Shown piece after piece: positions 1 through 25,375 of a stretch of 64,000 nt of DNA; position 1 is the first letter of the stretch; each line of letters begins with the position of its first letter. The notes beneath the pieces are model-generated. The model saw nothing but the letters and a program-made list of their open reading frames with translations, was not told the origin of the DNA and did no database searches. This DNA comes from the human T2T-CHM13v2.0 reference genome, Homo sapiens. The DNA lies in the NCBI RefSeq assembly GCF_009914755.1, contig NC_060948.1; one strand, written 5' to 3'. The translations under genes were made by a program, and so were the position numbers.

Positions 1-64
1 CAAGAAAAGATACGCCAGACTCAGTGAGGTGGAATGTCGCTCATAATGAGAAAAGATATGCCAG

Positions 65-365
65 ACTCAGTGGCTCACGGCTATAATCACAACACTTTGG
101 GAAGCCAGGGAAGGAGGATTATTTCGGTCTGGGAGTTTGAGACCAGCCTGAACAATATATCCAAAGCATTGTCCCTACCACACACACACAAACACAAAAG
201 CTGGGCACGGTGGTTGGTGTGTGTCTGTAATTCCAGCTACTTGGGAGGCTGAAATGGAAGGCTTGCACATTTCAAGCCCGTGTTCAAAGCTGCAGTGAGC
301 TATGATGGTGCCACTGCAGTCTAGGCTGGACAACAGTGTGAGACCTTGTCTCTAAAAAAGAAAAA
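65..365 (+). mobile_element. Alu (old, J-like)
   Basis: gtggctcacggctataatc...tctaaaaaag; CA-rich linker. Confidence 0.85.
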
Positions 366-439
366 AGAATCGGTAAGTGCTTGAACTGAAGGATACCCTA
401 TTTATTATGTATATATTTGTTCATTGATATAATTATTTT

Positions 440-725
440 TGTGTTGGAGTCGCACTCTGTCACCCAGGCTAGAGTGCATGGTGCAATATCGGCTCACCGC
501 AGCATCAGGCTCCCAGGTTCAAACCACTGTCCTGCCTGAGCCTCCCAATTAACTGCAACGTACTACAGGCAGGCACCACCATGCCCGGCTAATTTTTGTA
601 TTTTTGGTAGAGATGGGGTTTCATGGTGTTGGCCAGCCTGGTCTTCAACTCCTGTCCTAAAGTGCTCTGCAAGCCTCGGCCTCCCCAAGTGTTAGAATTA
701 GAGACCTGAGCCGTCACACATGGAC
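440..725 (-). mobile_element. Alu
   Basis: Reverse-complement Alu consensus. Confidence 0.85.
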
Positions 726-1185
726 AGTAAGATACACAAGACTCGGGAGATTTATCTTTTCACTTCATCCTCACAATGCTACAGGTGAATGAAAACACTC
801 CATAACATGAATAACTCACTTGAAAATCAAAGTTGGTAACTTCTCCCTTTAAAATTATTTGTACCCTTACCCTGTAAAAATTGATGATTGTGTCAAAATT
901 TTTCAAGAAAATACTTCCTCCTTGCAGATTAGTCTGTCAATTGTAAGAATTATGGACTGCAAAACTTCTGGAACTTGATGTATTTCATTTCTTTAGTTTG
1001 TATAATCAGGAAAATTAATTCATTTAGTTATTTCGGTCTAAATATTTGTATCATTCAGTGATGTCTTAAAACTTTAAGCAATCCCGTCGGAAACTTTATG
1101 CTGTTGTTTATGTTTTATACACTTCACTTTCCCCTAAGTATGAGGTTTAAAGCGTTTCCATTCATATTATCAATTAAATACGATA

Positions 1186-1468
1186 GGCTGACAGTGGTGG
1201 CACATGCCTATAATCTTAGCACTTCGGGAGTCTGAGGAGGGTGGATCAGGATTTTAAGAACAGCCTGGCAAACAAGGTGAAACGCTGTCTGCACTAAAAA
1301 TACAAAAATTGGCCCCGCTGTGCGGCACACATATCTAATACCAGTTACTCAGGATGCTGAGGCAGGAGAATAGCTTGGATCCAGAAGGCAGCGGTTGCCA
1401 TAAGCCAAGACAGAGCCACTGCACCCCAGCCTCGGCGACAAAGCTGTACACTTCATCTCAAAAAAAAC
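1186..1468 (+). mobile_element. Alu
   Basis: ggctgacagtggtggcacatgcc...ctcaaaaaaaa. Confidence 0.85.
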
Positions 1469-2082
1469 TGATACTATCCCAACCACTCTAGATTATTCCT
1501 ATCTGTAAGAACATATTACTAAACCATTACTTACAACATCCACTGTCAAAATATTCAAGAAAAAATTAACGTGGGAACCTCACAAGACAAAACACTTACT
1601 TTCCACTATTTAAACTACGAACATTTAAATTCATTATGCTACGCGCCTGAGAAACTTAGCTGGTTCACTTCTGATTTAGGTGAAAAAAAAAAGTTTTCAT
1701 TACCGTTATCCTCTTCAGTCACAGAATGCTTCACATAGAATGTTCCGGATGTCTTAAACTTTAGTATCAATACATCTAATGATTTCCTTTGACCTGTACT
1801 ATTCCTCTAAAAAATAAACGTTTTATGGTGAGGCAGACGGTTTTGTAGTCTTTCTGAAGACTTCTCCAACATTTTAACCTTGTTAGTTTTTAAAGAGAAA
1901 CAGCCTAATTAGAAAACTTGAGCAGCTTGCAAGGGCGACATAACACATCCCTAATTTTGTACCTATGTTCAAACAAACAAAGGAAAATGTACAACAGACT
2001 ACACAATTTACTCTCCTATTGAATTTGCTTTAAGCATGCGCGGCTAACAATAACACCAGGCATCTTGCAGTACATGTAAAAT

Positions 2083-2088
2083 TTTATT
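2083..2088 (-). terminator. Polyadenylation signal AATAAA of RBMY1
   Basis: tttatt on + strand, ~255 nt downstream of the stop codon. Confidence 0.7.
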
Positions 2089-2342
2089 GTGAAAATTTTA
2101 AGGTAGATATTACATCTAAACACTTTTCAAATAGCATCAACAAGTATGAAATTACTTTGAAAACAATTCCTTTTCCTTTGAATACCTCAAAAAATTCATG
2201 GAGGAAGTTAGTATCTACCTCTCTCCACAAAACCAACATGTTTCTTTCAGTAATATGCAGGTAACAATGCAGAAATAACATTTCAATTTTTGATTTGCAA
2301 ACAAGGATTGGTATGCAATAACTATTATTTTCAATGCTTGCT

Positions 2343-14519
<12,177 letters not shown>

Positions 14520-14857
14520 TTATCTATATTTAGATATAAATAAGCTAAAAAGATAAAATTTTATTACATACTGTGCTGAAAACCCAAGTAAAATTCCCTT
14601 CCTGAGGCTGACATCTTTTTAGTATTTCTTACTTTATATATGTAAAATTTGTAACACTCAGAGCAAAGGGGCACTAACTTCATGGACAAATGCTGCATTT
14701 TAGTATGTACCTGACAAAAATCTCATTTCTAAAAATTAGATAAGAAAAGCTATTGTAATTTTCCTCAGTTGCAATATGAAGAATGTCCCCATTTAAATAA
14801 TTTTATTTGAAAAGAATCTATTTATGAGGTACGGTGTGATGTTTTGCATATTTTCTT

Positions 14858-15128
14858 TCTTGAGATGTCTGTCTCCTGTCGCCAAAGTGAACTGCTCACT
14901 GCAGGCTCTTCCACCCAGCCTCAACTGATCTTCCTACATCTCAGCTTCCCAAGTAGCTAGTACTACAGGCGCTTTCTACCACAGCTGGGCAATTTTTTGT
15001 ATTTTTAAAAATAGACAAGGGTTTCCCCATAGTGCCCAAGCTAGTCTCCAAATCTTCGGCTCAAGTGTTCTGCCGGCTTGGGACTACCAAAGTGATGGGA
15101 TTTCAAGGGTGACTCACCACACTCAGCA
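14858..15128 (-). mobile_element. AluJ-like; orthologous copy in the pseudogene at ~31335-31605
   Basis: Diverged Alu at the same intron-1 position in both RBMY copies. Confidence 0.75.
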
Positions 15129-16363
15129 TGATATTTGGATAAGAGATTAAATCAAGCTACTTAAAATGTTCTAGGAGGAGAATATTTTAAATATTTTACC
15201 ATCTTTTAGTGATTTGAAATATACAATAGGTCAAAGATCCCCAAACCCTAGCCTTCAACCCGTACCTATCTGTGGCCTGAATGTGATGCCGGAGGATGAC
15301 CTGCAATACCTGTCTGTGGAGAATGTAACGCCTGAGGATGACCTGAGGTGGTACAGTTTTATCCGGAAACCATCCTCCCTACTCCCTCGCTGGCCCTCCC
15401 TGTCCCCGTGACAGCCTCACTGCCCCACCTGGCCTCTGTCACATTGCTCCTACCGGAAGACCCGCCCCACCACGTGCCCCTCGGAGGCCTGCCGCCAGCC
15501 CCCACTCCCAAACCTGTCCACCTCGCCGCCTTCTTCCCCTGCGCAACCTTTGTCTGAGGAAAAACTGACTTCCACTAAACCAGTCCCTGATGCGAAAATA
15601 GCAATGAAAGAGTCCAGTACGTTACCCAGGCTGGTCTCAAACTCCTGACTTCAAGCCATCCTCCGACCTCCACTTCCCAAAATGCTAGGACTACAGGAGT
15701 AAGGCAGTGTGCCAGGTTAACAGAATAACTTAAGCGCATCTATTTTGTTCCAGTTTTCGGCTATCTAACTCCATTTGTCTCGATTACACCCACTTATTCG
15801 GTTTAAACTATTTACGGTGCCAAAGACACATGAAACGTTTCAAATACTGTCATACAACGAAGGAGACAATCACAGGCTTTACAGAGGCAAACTGAAACTC
15901 AGATTATTTGTGGCCCCATATTTCTACATACACTAAAGTAACACAATTTATGTCAAAATTTGATAATTCTTCCAAGCAAATCAGACACGCGACACGTGCT
16001 AACTAAAAGTGTGACTTTTTAATCGCAGTGGTTAAGTGTATTGCCTGTATTCTGAATTATCACCACATTCACAGAGAAAACCCGCTTTAATAAAAAGTGC
16101 ACATGAAAACCAATGGCGGCTTAGCACCATCTCCCACAACTAGTCGGACACATTAGGCAGTTAAAGGTAGAATCCTCAGGAAAAATCAATGAGTTTAACG
16201 AAAGTGAGTCTCTTAATAGCACTGAGGAGTTCTTTCCCCACTGACTCCTCCCGTAATTCAACACCCACACATAGAAAACCCATCCCCTTTTATAGACAAA
16301 ATCCCAAACCTTCGCTTTCTATTCTTGCCGAGAGACCCAGCTGTCCAGAGAAACAGAAAATAC

Positions 16364-16505
16364 CTGCGCTTTTTAGTAGGACAAAGAGCCTGAGGTTCGC
16401 CTGGCCCTCAGGCCGTACGTAACCGGCTTCGGAACACCACAGGGCCAACTGCGGGAGGGACAGCTGGAGCTACCCTGAGAGGGAAGGACGCCGGAAGCCG
16501 TGCCC
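16364..16505 (-). other. RBMY1F: RBMY1 non-coding exon 1 (5' UTR); 5' end approximate
   Basis: Donor AGCGCAG|gtattt at 16364/16363 at the edge of the CpG island; can splice to acceptor ttacag|CACAATG at 14502. Confidence 0.7.
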
Positions 16506-16720
16506 GGAAATCCCGCCTACCTCCAGCGGCCAATCATTGCGAAGGCGGTGGGCGTCAGCCAGTTACTGCAAAGGCTGTGGGCGTGTCCTGAGGCCGCTCC
16601 GCCCCAGCAGGCCTGCGGCTCCATCATCTCGCGGTAACTCTTCCGAGACCACGCTTGTGCCGCGTGGCGGGCCGCGGTGGATTAAGGCACACGCGAACTG
16701 TGAGCCCTTTGCAATTGTGG
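16380..16720. promoter_or_regulatory. CpG island / RBMY1 promoter
   Basis: CpG-dense. ETS-type CCGGAA at 16491 and 16504, CCAAT 16530-16534, GC box CCGCCC 16599-16604. Overlaps exon 1. Confidence 0.75.
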
Positions 16721-17434
16721 GCATGGAAGACCTACACCCTAACTGGCATCCTGAGTGTGGCAAGACATTAACTAACCCACAGGGAACACATGAAACATCT
16801 CACTTCATTAGGCAGGCTAGGCTGATGGTACCGAATATTGCAGATCCAGAGGGGAGAGAGAGGGACCAGCGCTGCTGCAGGGGCGAGGGCAGCAGCGGTG
16901 GCTTGGGGGGATTGGGGCAGGGCGGGTGCGTGGGACTAAAGTCGACTGGTACGTTGCTGAGGTGGAATTCATCTGCACCAGAAGCTGAAACCCTGCAAGG
17001 ATTCTGTCAGGTCTAGGCAAATACATACTCCGAGTTCCATGGTTCCTCCCTGAGGATGCTGTACTCACAGGGGCATTCCAAAGGACTTCTCATCCTGTGC
17101 CCTGGGCACACGGGAGGCCTACCGCCATGGTCGCCAATGCAGTGATCCGTGTGCACTGCTTTGCTGGTGCAGAGGCTCTCACAAGTGCAGTGGTGGCCGT
17201 GTGCCTGCTAGCGGGGCTCTGGAAGCCAGGGCCTTGGCATCCGACTCCAGGGCTGCCGTGCGCAGCTAACCCTGCTGGGTAGCTGAGCCCCAGTGTGAGT
17301 GTGACAGGCTAAGGGCCCTGTGGGGCCCCCCAGGAACCCTGTTCCACATAGGTGTAGGATGTGGTTCTCAGCAGGGCAAGGCCCGCAGGCCTCTCCTGGA
17401 GTTGCCCCCAGAGTTGACGGGTGCCGGGGGGGTG

Positions 17435-19588
17435 GGGTGGGAGGCACAGGCTTTGCTCTGTTGGAGCCTCAAGGAGGGCACCATGTTAAGGCTGGAGGCT
17501 GTGCAGGAGAGGATGGTCTGTGCACAGAGCAGGAAGACAACCCTGCGGGGAGAGGCATGCTAGTGGGGGATGACATCATTGCAGAGATGGAGGTGGTGGC
17601 CAAGGAGGAAGGCCAATGTGGAGCCACAGCAGGAGGACCTGCAGGCACAGCCTGGCCCTGGCCCCAGTACGCCCCGGCCAGCAACAGACTCGCTGGACGT
17701 CCTTCACTTGGAGCTCGGCTACGTGAATGTCCCAGGCCACAGGGCATCCCCGGCTTCTGGGCCAGAGCCATATCCTTGCAGCTGCCAATTCGGGATGGTT
17801 GGCAGCAGGGGATGGGCGCGGAGCTCCCGGGAGCGGAGGTGGGGGGAAACAAGGTGGTAGGCACTGGCGGTCAGCCAGGATTCAGGGCATGGGGGACAAC
17901 AAGGGGAACTGAGAACAGGCTCATGCAGATAGGAGGGCAGCTTAATTGCATGTGCCCTGAGGGCATGTGGTAGGGACAGGAAGCCAAGCACAGCACTCAC
18001 CAGGGAGAATAGCAGCGCCAAGGACCCATCATAACAGCAGAAAGTTGAAGGATACGATTCACCGGGAAAGTCCCTGGAGGAAGGGGAGTCTGCATGCCCA
18101 TGCCAGCCACGGAACTTCCCTGCTCCCCTTGCCTGTGTCCAGCAAGCTTACCCCAGAAACACAAGGTGCTCAAGACTCGGTGTCACTGTGCACGGGGCTG
18201 CTGTCCTATGCAAGGCAGGCACTATCTCCCCAGACACAATTTCTTCCCTCTGCCAGCGCTGCACCCAAAGATGTTTAGGCCCTGAGTATATATAAGCTCC
18301 CTTGAAACCACTCGAGCTCCACGGGGAGAGCCAGGCACAGCCCCGTAGCTACTTCTACCCACAGCGGTTGCCTGGGGTGGACACGTGCACCCCTCAGGGA
18401 GACCAGGAGAAGGAGAGACCGCACACCCAGACAGCAGCAGAGCCTGTCCAGCACCCAGCACAGGAGGGCCTCCTGCAGCTCAGAAACGCCGAGCAAGTAG
18501 TCGCCTCACACAACAACACCCCGCCCCCAACCCCCTGCCCACTTCTTCAGTGCCAGTCCCTGGTCAGAGCAGGTTGTCTGGGCCTGCCTCCACCCACCAC
18601 CAAGACCACCACAGCTCTGATGGTGCCCTCCACGCCAGACAGAGACAGAGGACCTGGAAGGGAAGGTGCCCTGCCCCACACTCTCCGTGCTCTTGCAAAG
18701 TTGCAGGGTGTTTCCTTGCACGCCCACCCAATCATCCGGCGGCTCCTTGACCAGAGGCAGATTGTGCGGCACACCGAGATGTTGGCCGGGATCACAAATG
18801 ATGATGAAGTCCTGCTAAGCTACGTACGTGATGGATTTGCAGGTCAGGCTAAGGAGCCTGAGTCTTCGGGAGGGGTCTGGTGTCTGGGTCAGGTTGAGGT
18901 ACCCCTGGGACCCGGGGGTGTCTCAATGAGAGAGTTGGGAAGGAGAAACACATGCTTCACCCCAGCTAACAGGTCACCTCACCCCAGCTACATGAAATGC
19001 TCCTTTGAGTACGTCCTCTTTCTCCTTCTTGGCCAGGTAAGGGGAGGAAAGCAACTCTTCCGGGTACCGGCAGCAGGATGAAGTTTTCCTTTTATCACAG
19101 TCTCTACTTCCACAATGAAGTGATCATTCAGGAGTACTGCCTTGGCATCCTCGGTAAGGAGCGCCTCCCAGCATGGTAGGGGAGCTGGTGTGTGGGAGGG
19201 TAGGTCTGGCATGAACCTTCCTGACTCCTCTCTCTGCAGGATACGGGATGTCTCATTCCACTGCAGTCTAGTGGTTGTGGGATCATGAAGGTCAAGCCTC
19301 CAGCTGCAGGCCGTACAGCTCCTACCTGACCTTCTTCAGCTGGTTGGCTGACCATGACTGCCCAGGTTCTGGCAGGATTGCTGAGGTGAGCGCCAGGTAG
19401 GGCATCATGGGAAAGGATCTTGCTGGTCATTCCTTGGCCTCTGGGGAACTGGCTTTGAGCCATGACCTGAACTAACCTGTACCCACTTCTGCAGGCCCCC
19501 AGATCATCAGCCAGAACCTGTAGCTCAATCCCCTGCAGTACTTCTCCAGGGAGGGAGGCCATTAGAGAGTGAACAGAGAGGAGGCCAG
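17435..19588 (+). pseudogene. TSPY-family unprocessed pseudogene (5 exon remnants: ~17435-17769, 18761-18842, 19037-19153, 19240-19385, 19503-19588)
   Basis: Fragments AQALLCWSLKEGTMLRLEAVQE, DDIIAEMEVVAKEEG, QGIPGFWA, IVRHTEMLAGITNDDEVLLSY, YFHNEVIIQEY, SHSTAV*W...LTFFSWLADH...RIAE and NL*LNPLQY are collinear with TSPY1 (NAP/SET domain). Disabled by frameshifts, a 4-bp tacg duplication and two TAG stops. Confidence 0.9.
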
Positions 19589-20744
19589 GTGAACAGTCTA
19601 GGGCTGGGGACTGAGAGACCTTTGATTCCTGGAGTTGTGCCCCACATGGAGAATCCAAGCCTCAGGGAGGTGACTGCAGTGAGCGATCCCACGCCATCCA
19701 TGGGCTGGCGGAGAAATGGCCATCAAAGAACTTTAACACCCACATTTTGGGATTGGGGCACCTTCAGCCGCCTAAGAGGAATAAGTGTCTAAGGTCAGTG
19801 GGTGAGAAGCAAGGCTCAAGTGGTAGCTGTCTCATCATCCCTCACCGGCTGAGGCCTGAGGCCGGCTACCACTTGGGGCTCAGTTTGGGCTCAACCAGGG
19901 CCCTCTCACCCTCCACGCAGATATCCTCCCAAGGCCCCTCTCTACGTCCTCCCTGATGGGCTGTCCCAGGCCCATCATTTTTTGTTACAATGATCCCAGG
20001 CTTCCCTGAGATGCTTTCTGCCCTCCGCCATCATCACTCACACTGCGCTGCCCCACCCTGCCCCACCAGACAAGAGAGGCCACTACTCAGGGAATCTGGA
20101 AAACCACACTGGGCTCACAGAGGAGGAAATGTGAAGAGATGGCAAAATGAATGAGCCCTTCATTGTGTGTCCAGGGAGGAAACCTGGCTGAGAATTAAGG
20201 CCCACCTGAGTAGTGGTGTGGACACCGAGTGTTACTTATCATGATGAAGATCTGCTTTGTCACATCCCCTAATATTAATGTGGAAGTTATTTTCTTGGAA
20301 TAGTGAAACAATGAGGACAAAGAAATAGTGTTTGTTCAGATTTGTATAGAAATACTGCAGACGCATCCATTTTCCATTACAATTCTTATGTGAGACTTGA
20401 AGTGTTTATTGAGTTTTAAGATACATTTTGATTGTTCTGCCCCTGGGAAATTTTATGATCATGTTTGTATGATCATAGATTCTATGTAGAGACATAGAAT
20501 CCGGAAAAGTTTTGAGTGACTTTCAGCTTCTTTTACAGTACTTACTTGTAAATTTTGAATTTTTTCCCTTATAGTTCTCTTCAGTTTATTATTTTAATTT
20601 TATATGTAAGGTGATAAATTTGTTTTGTTATTTGCCTTTTGTGGAAACTTCGTTTTAAAGTACTTTTTTTCTGTTAGATATGTGAGTTTATGAGTACAAA
20701 ATTTTTATTTTCATTTTTTAGTTTTTTTGGGGTGTCTGTGTGTG

Positions 20745-21028
20745 TTTTGAGGAGCATTGCTCTGCCACCCAGCCTGGAGTGAAGTGGTAGGATCTTGGCT
20801 CAACCTCAACCTCTGCCTCCTGGCTTCAAGCCATTACCCTGCCTCAGCCTTCTGAGGAGCTGGGATTACCGGTGCATGCCACCATGCCCAGCTAATTTTT
20901 GTATTTTTCATCAAGACTGGGTTTCACCATATTTGCCAGGCTGGTCTCCAACTCCTGACCTCAAGTGATTCACCCACTTCTGCCTGCCAAACTGCTGGGT
21001 TTACATCGTGAGCCACCATGCCCGGCCT
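20745..21028 (-). mobile_element. Alu
   Basis: Reverse-complement Alu consensus. Confidence 0.85.
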
Positions 21029-21398
21029 CATTTATTTGTTTACGTATTTGAAGCCTTGTTCTATTCTCTTCATGTACACATATTTTAGAGTGATTGAAAG
21101 AATGTATTTTATTTATTTAGTCAATAGTAGAATTTTAAAAGTAATGTTTTTATTCAGTAAATACAGTATTGTGAATAGGTTAAACCTTGTATAGTATTGT
21201 CATTCTCTCTTTCATAAATTCTTCAAGAACTCTAATACCATTTCCGGCCCCCGCCCCCTGAAGAGCACATGCAGATAACCCCAAAGATATGCTCCCACAC
21301 AGTTTATGCAGTTTATTCACTTTAAAGCAATGCACTAAAAATGTCTAGATGGGTCCAAAAAATTGTGGAAGTGAGTGGGTATGAAAATATAATTTGAA

Positions 21399-21690
21399 GG
21401 CCAGGTGGGGTGGCTCACGCCTGTAATCCCCACACTTTGGGAGGCCAAGCCTGGTGGATTACCAGATGTCAGAAGTTCAAGACCAACCTGGTCAACATGG
21501 TGAAACCCCATCTCTACTAAATATTCAAAAATTAGCTGGGTGTGGTGGCATGTTCCTGTAATCCTAGCTATTTGGGAGGCTGAGGCAGGAGAATCGGTTG
21601 AACCGGAGAGGCGGAGGTTGCAGTGAGCCAAGATCATGCCACTGCACTACAGCCTGGGTCACAAGAGCAAAGATTTGTCTCCACCACCCC
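21399..21690 (+). mobile_element. Alu (S-like)
   Basis: ggccaggtggggtggctcacgcctgtaatccc... Confidence 0.85.
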
Positions 21691-24120
21691 ACACCCCCCA
21701 AAGAAAGCCTCAAATTTACATAAACATAATTATCTTAAAAGCCAGCATAATTTTAATTTCACTGTAGTCATCAGTTTCAGACATTGTTTATTTTGGAGAA
21801 GTGATTACAGAAATTAGAAAAATCGAGGCCTGATGAGAATATTTAAATTAACCACACTCCAGAAGCTCAAAGCTGAAAAACTAAGGTATTTCTGATATAA
21901 CAGCCCAAATTCTGCATTTCCTCTCTATTGGACAGTGTAATATTGCACATATGAAAAAAAATGCAGTGTTAAATAAAAAGTAGTGGAATTAAGAGGAGTC
22001 ATTGCTTAGTGAATTAAAACAACACACAAATTGAGAAGAAAAGACAGTGATAGAAAATATATTGTCTATTGATTTAATTCACAATAATTTTCACTTTTGT
22101 CTATTAGCATTAAATAGTACCATTAACATAATATCATTTTGATATTGTCTTCTAACATGTAAGTGGTTTTTATTTTGTATATTTGGAAACCTGATCAAAG
22201 ATTCTTTAGACATTTCATTTTTTCCCAAATTTCCTAGCTAATATCTAGCTAAATGCTAGTTGCCCGAATGCCTCTCACTAAGTCGTTTGTCTTTTCTCAT
22301 TAATTTTAATACGAACTTGGTGTGTATTTTGTTGGCATCTTTACTAAATCTACAGGTGTTGAAGTTGTGCAGATTTTAGTCATGGATCCTCTTGAGTTTT
22401 CTCAAGGCTAAAACACCCTTTCTATGCTTACCATTAAGAAATTCCCAACTTCAGGCCAGATCTTTGTTCTACCTTCACACTTGGCATATCCAACTGCATG
22501 CCTTACATCTCCACATACCAAACCAGACCTTCATTTCATCCCCAAAACATGTTTCCTCCTACAGTATTCCACTATTTCAGAAATTCACAGCACCAAATAC
22601 TCTGTATTTCAAGCTAGAAATGTAGAGGATGATCCTTGAGGCAGCCGCTTCTCAATGAGTCTCCATCATTCATATCCAACTCTTCACAGGTTGTATGTCC
22701 CCTCTGAGAATTACATAGTCTTAGTAAATAAAGACTGGCTCATAAGTTACCTTCAATCATCCACTGTTTTTTCTTCAATTCACGCCAGTTTCTCTAGAGA
22801 ACAGCTGGAGCTCTGCAATGTCAATGTTGGAGTAAGAATCATTCTCTGTCAGTATTACTATGTTATTTATCACAAGAGAAATGTTCCTTTAAAATGCCCA
22901 CACAAACCTATAGTAACACAGTTAAATGATGTCTTTGTTTTACGGAAAAGTACAAGCCAAATAAAATAAATTGTTATTATATGATCTTTATAACTACAAA
23001 CACAGGTACTAGATATTTTAGACCCCACTTCATACATCTGAAATTTGAGTCTCAAAATCATCATCTTTTCTTAAAGTCTAATTTCAAATTACAAAACTAC
23101 CTCTTTCCACAATATCATGCTATCTCCCTTTAAGATCCAGCTGGGGAATCATTAAGAATAAGAAATGTAATTTTCTTCAACATCTCCTAGCTGAGCCAAA
23201 ATCTAAATTTTCTGTGGAGATCTTGTTATGTGCAATTTCGCCAAAACTTTTACAGCTTTAACCACAGTTATGCTTCAGTGGCCTACCTGTTCATGCAATA
23301 CCTGCACACCTGCTTTAACATAGAAAAATTTGGAAGTTAATATGAGCATTAACTCTTATCATTATAGACAATGACATCTGAAGATGCTTTCCAATCTTCC
23401 TCGAATATATGAAATTCAAAATGTCAGTACAATATCCAAATTGTCAACGTAATCTTAGTAGCAGTGGATCATTTACAGAAGATAATTTTGCCTCAGTGGT
23501 CAAATATTTTTGTTAAATACTGCTATCTTATAGTCATGTATAGCATAACTGACACAGGTGTATAGCTAGAAATAGGATCCTAAAGAAAATGTTCAGAAAT
23601 AGGTTTCATATATTTTGCTGAATTTCAAACTAACAGGTTAATTAGTACTCTGAAGTGTTGGATAGTTGGAGTAGTATTTACCAAGAATGAAAAAGAAGAT
23701 AGGGGCATACAAATTGAGAATCCTGAAGTTAGGAAAAGATAAAGTATTTGTTCCTGACTCCTGGCTTGATGTTCTTCACGTGTGGCTTATTTTTGGGGTC
23801 TTTTTTTTGGTTCTGTTTTTGGTTTTGTTGTTTTTGTTGTTGTTGTTTTACTGTATCTTATTTGTCAGACCAGAGTTTCACAAGCATCCTCAAATAATTA
23901 CGTGGGTCATAAAATATATACCCAGATACTTCTAGCTATTTTCCTTCAAAATCCCGGTCCAATCATCTGAAATGAGACCTGTAGAACCAGTAATTCTCAC
24001 AAGTATGCTAAGTGGTTATTACTAAAACAACAGTTCTGAAATACTTAGAAAACCATCCAGGAGCTAGGTAATCAACATTTAATAATTGGTTCTTACTGTA
24101 AGAGTAAAGGATTTTATTGA

Positions 24121-24469
<349 letters not shown>

Positions 24470-24799
24470 CAGTGCTTTCTAATTAGTATCTTTAAAGTAT
24501 GTTTTGCTAATATCTTACTTAGTAGTAATATCTTACTTACTAGTATATAAGTAATATAGTATAATAAGTAATATCTTACTTATTAGTATCTGAGAACAGA
24601 TACTAATTTTCTAATTAGTATCTTTAAAGTATGTTTACATGTGAGGTGTTAAATTTGTTTTCTTATTTGCCCCTTCCAGAACTTTCATTTTCAAGGATTT
24701 TTTTTTTCTGTTAGATATGGGAGTTAGCCTGTGAGCACTTTTTCTAATACAGATTTTTTTTATTCATTAGTTTTTGGGGCGTATGTGTGTGTTTGTTTG

Positions 24800-25078
24800 T
24801 TTCCAGATGGAGTCTCACTCCGTCATCCAGGCTGGAGTGAAGTGGCAAAATCTTGGCTCACTGAAACCTCTCCCTCCAGCTTCACACGATTCCCCTGCCT
24901 TAGCCTTCCGAGGAGCTGGGATTACAGGCATATGCCACTATGTCCTGCTAATGTTTGTATTTTTAGTCGAGACTAGTTTCACCATATTTGCCAGGCTGGA
25001 TTCGTACTCCTGTGATCCGCCTGCACCAGCCTCCCAAAATGCTGGGCTTCCAGGTGTGAGCCACCATGCCCAGGCTCA
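24800..25078 (-). mobile_element. Alu (paralog of 20745-21028, inside a duplicated segment)
   Basis: Alu plus flanks similar to 20600-21090. Confidence 0.8.
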
Positions 25079-25141
25079 TTTGTTTATGTATTTTAATCAT
25101 TGTTCTATTTTCTTCATGTACACGTATTTTAGAATAGAATG

Positions 25142-25375
25142 GTCCAAGTGGGGCTTAGTCATCTTCGGGATTCTGCCCAAGCTCAGACTGTCAGCACTGA
25201 CCATGCCATACCCTACCTAGCTCCCAAGGTACCTCTAGGACCTAGGTTGATCTTCCTGAAGCAGCCACTACATTTTCGACCCCTAGTCTTTCCTCTATGC
25301 TCGGAGGAAAGTCTGGAACAGGAGAAATTTATACAACTATATGATTGTTGGCTACCTAATTGATTCCTTATGAAG
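25142..25375 (+). pseudogene. Isolated exon remnant of a trypsin-like (S1) serine-protease-like gene, probably PRSSLY-related
   Basis: VQVGLSHL...LIFLKQPLHFRPLVFPLC...DCWLPN*FLMK then gt: S1-fold motifs (L-L-x-L..P-L-x-F...V-x-P-[IL]-C...C-W-x-x-x-W), with the last W mutated to TGA. Confidence 0.6.

Noticed and set aside
16537-19956. Many overlapping ORFs (e.g. 17320..17973, 18302..19081, 19128..19658) as new genes
   Set aside because: Expected in GC-rich DNA; their recognisable parts are frameshifted TSPY exon pieces or antisense to them.
22390-23970. Short ORFs as upstream exons of the protease-like gene
   Set aside because: No S1 motifs (PW, CGGS/CAGS, WILTAAHC-like) found; part of the region looks like an old L2-type repeat.
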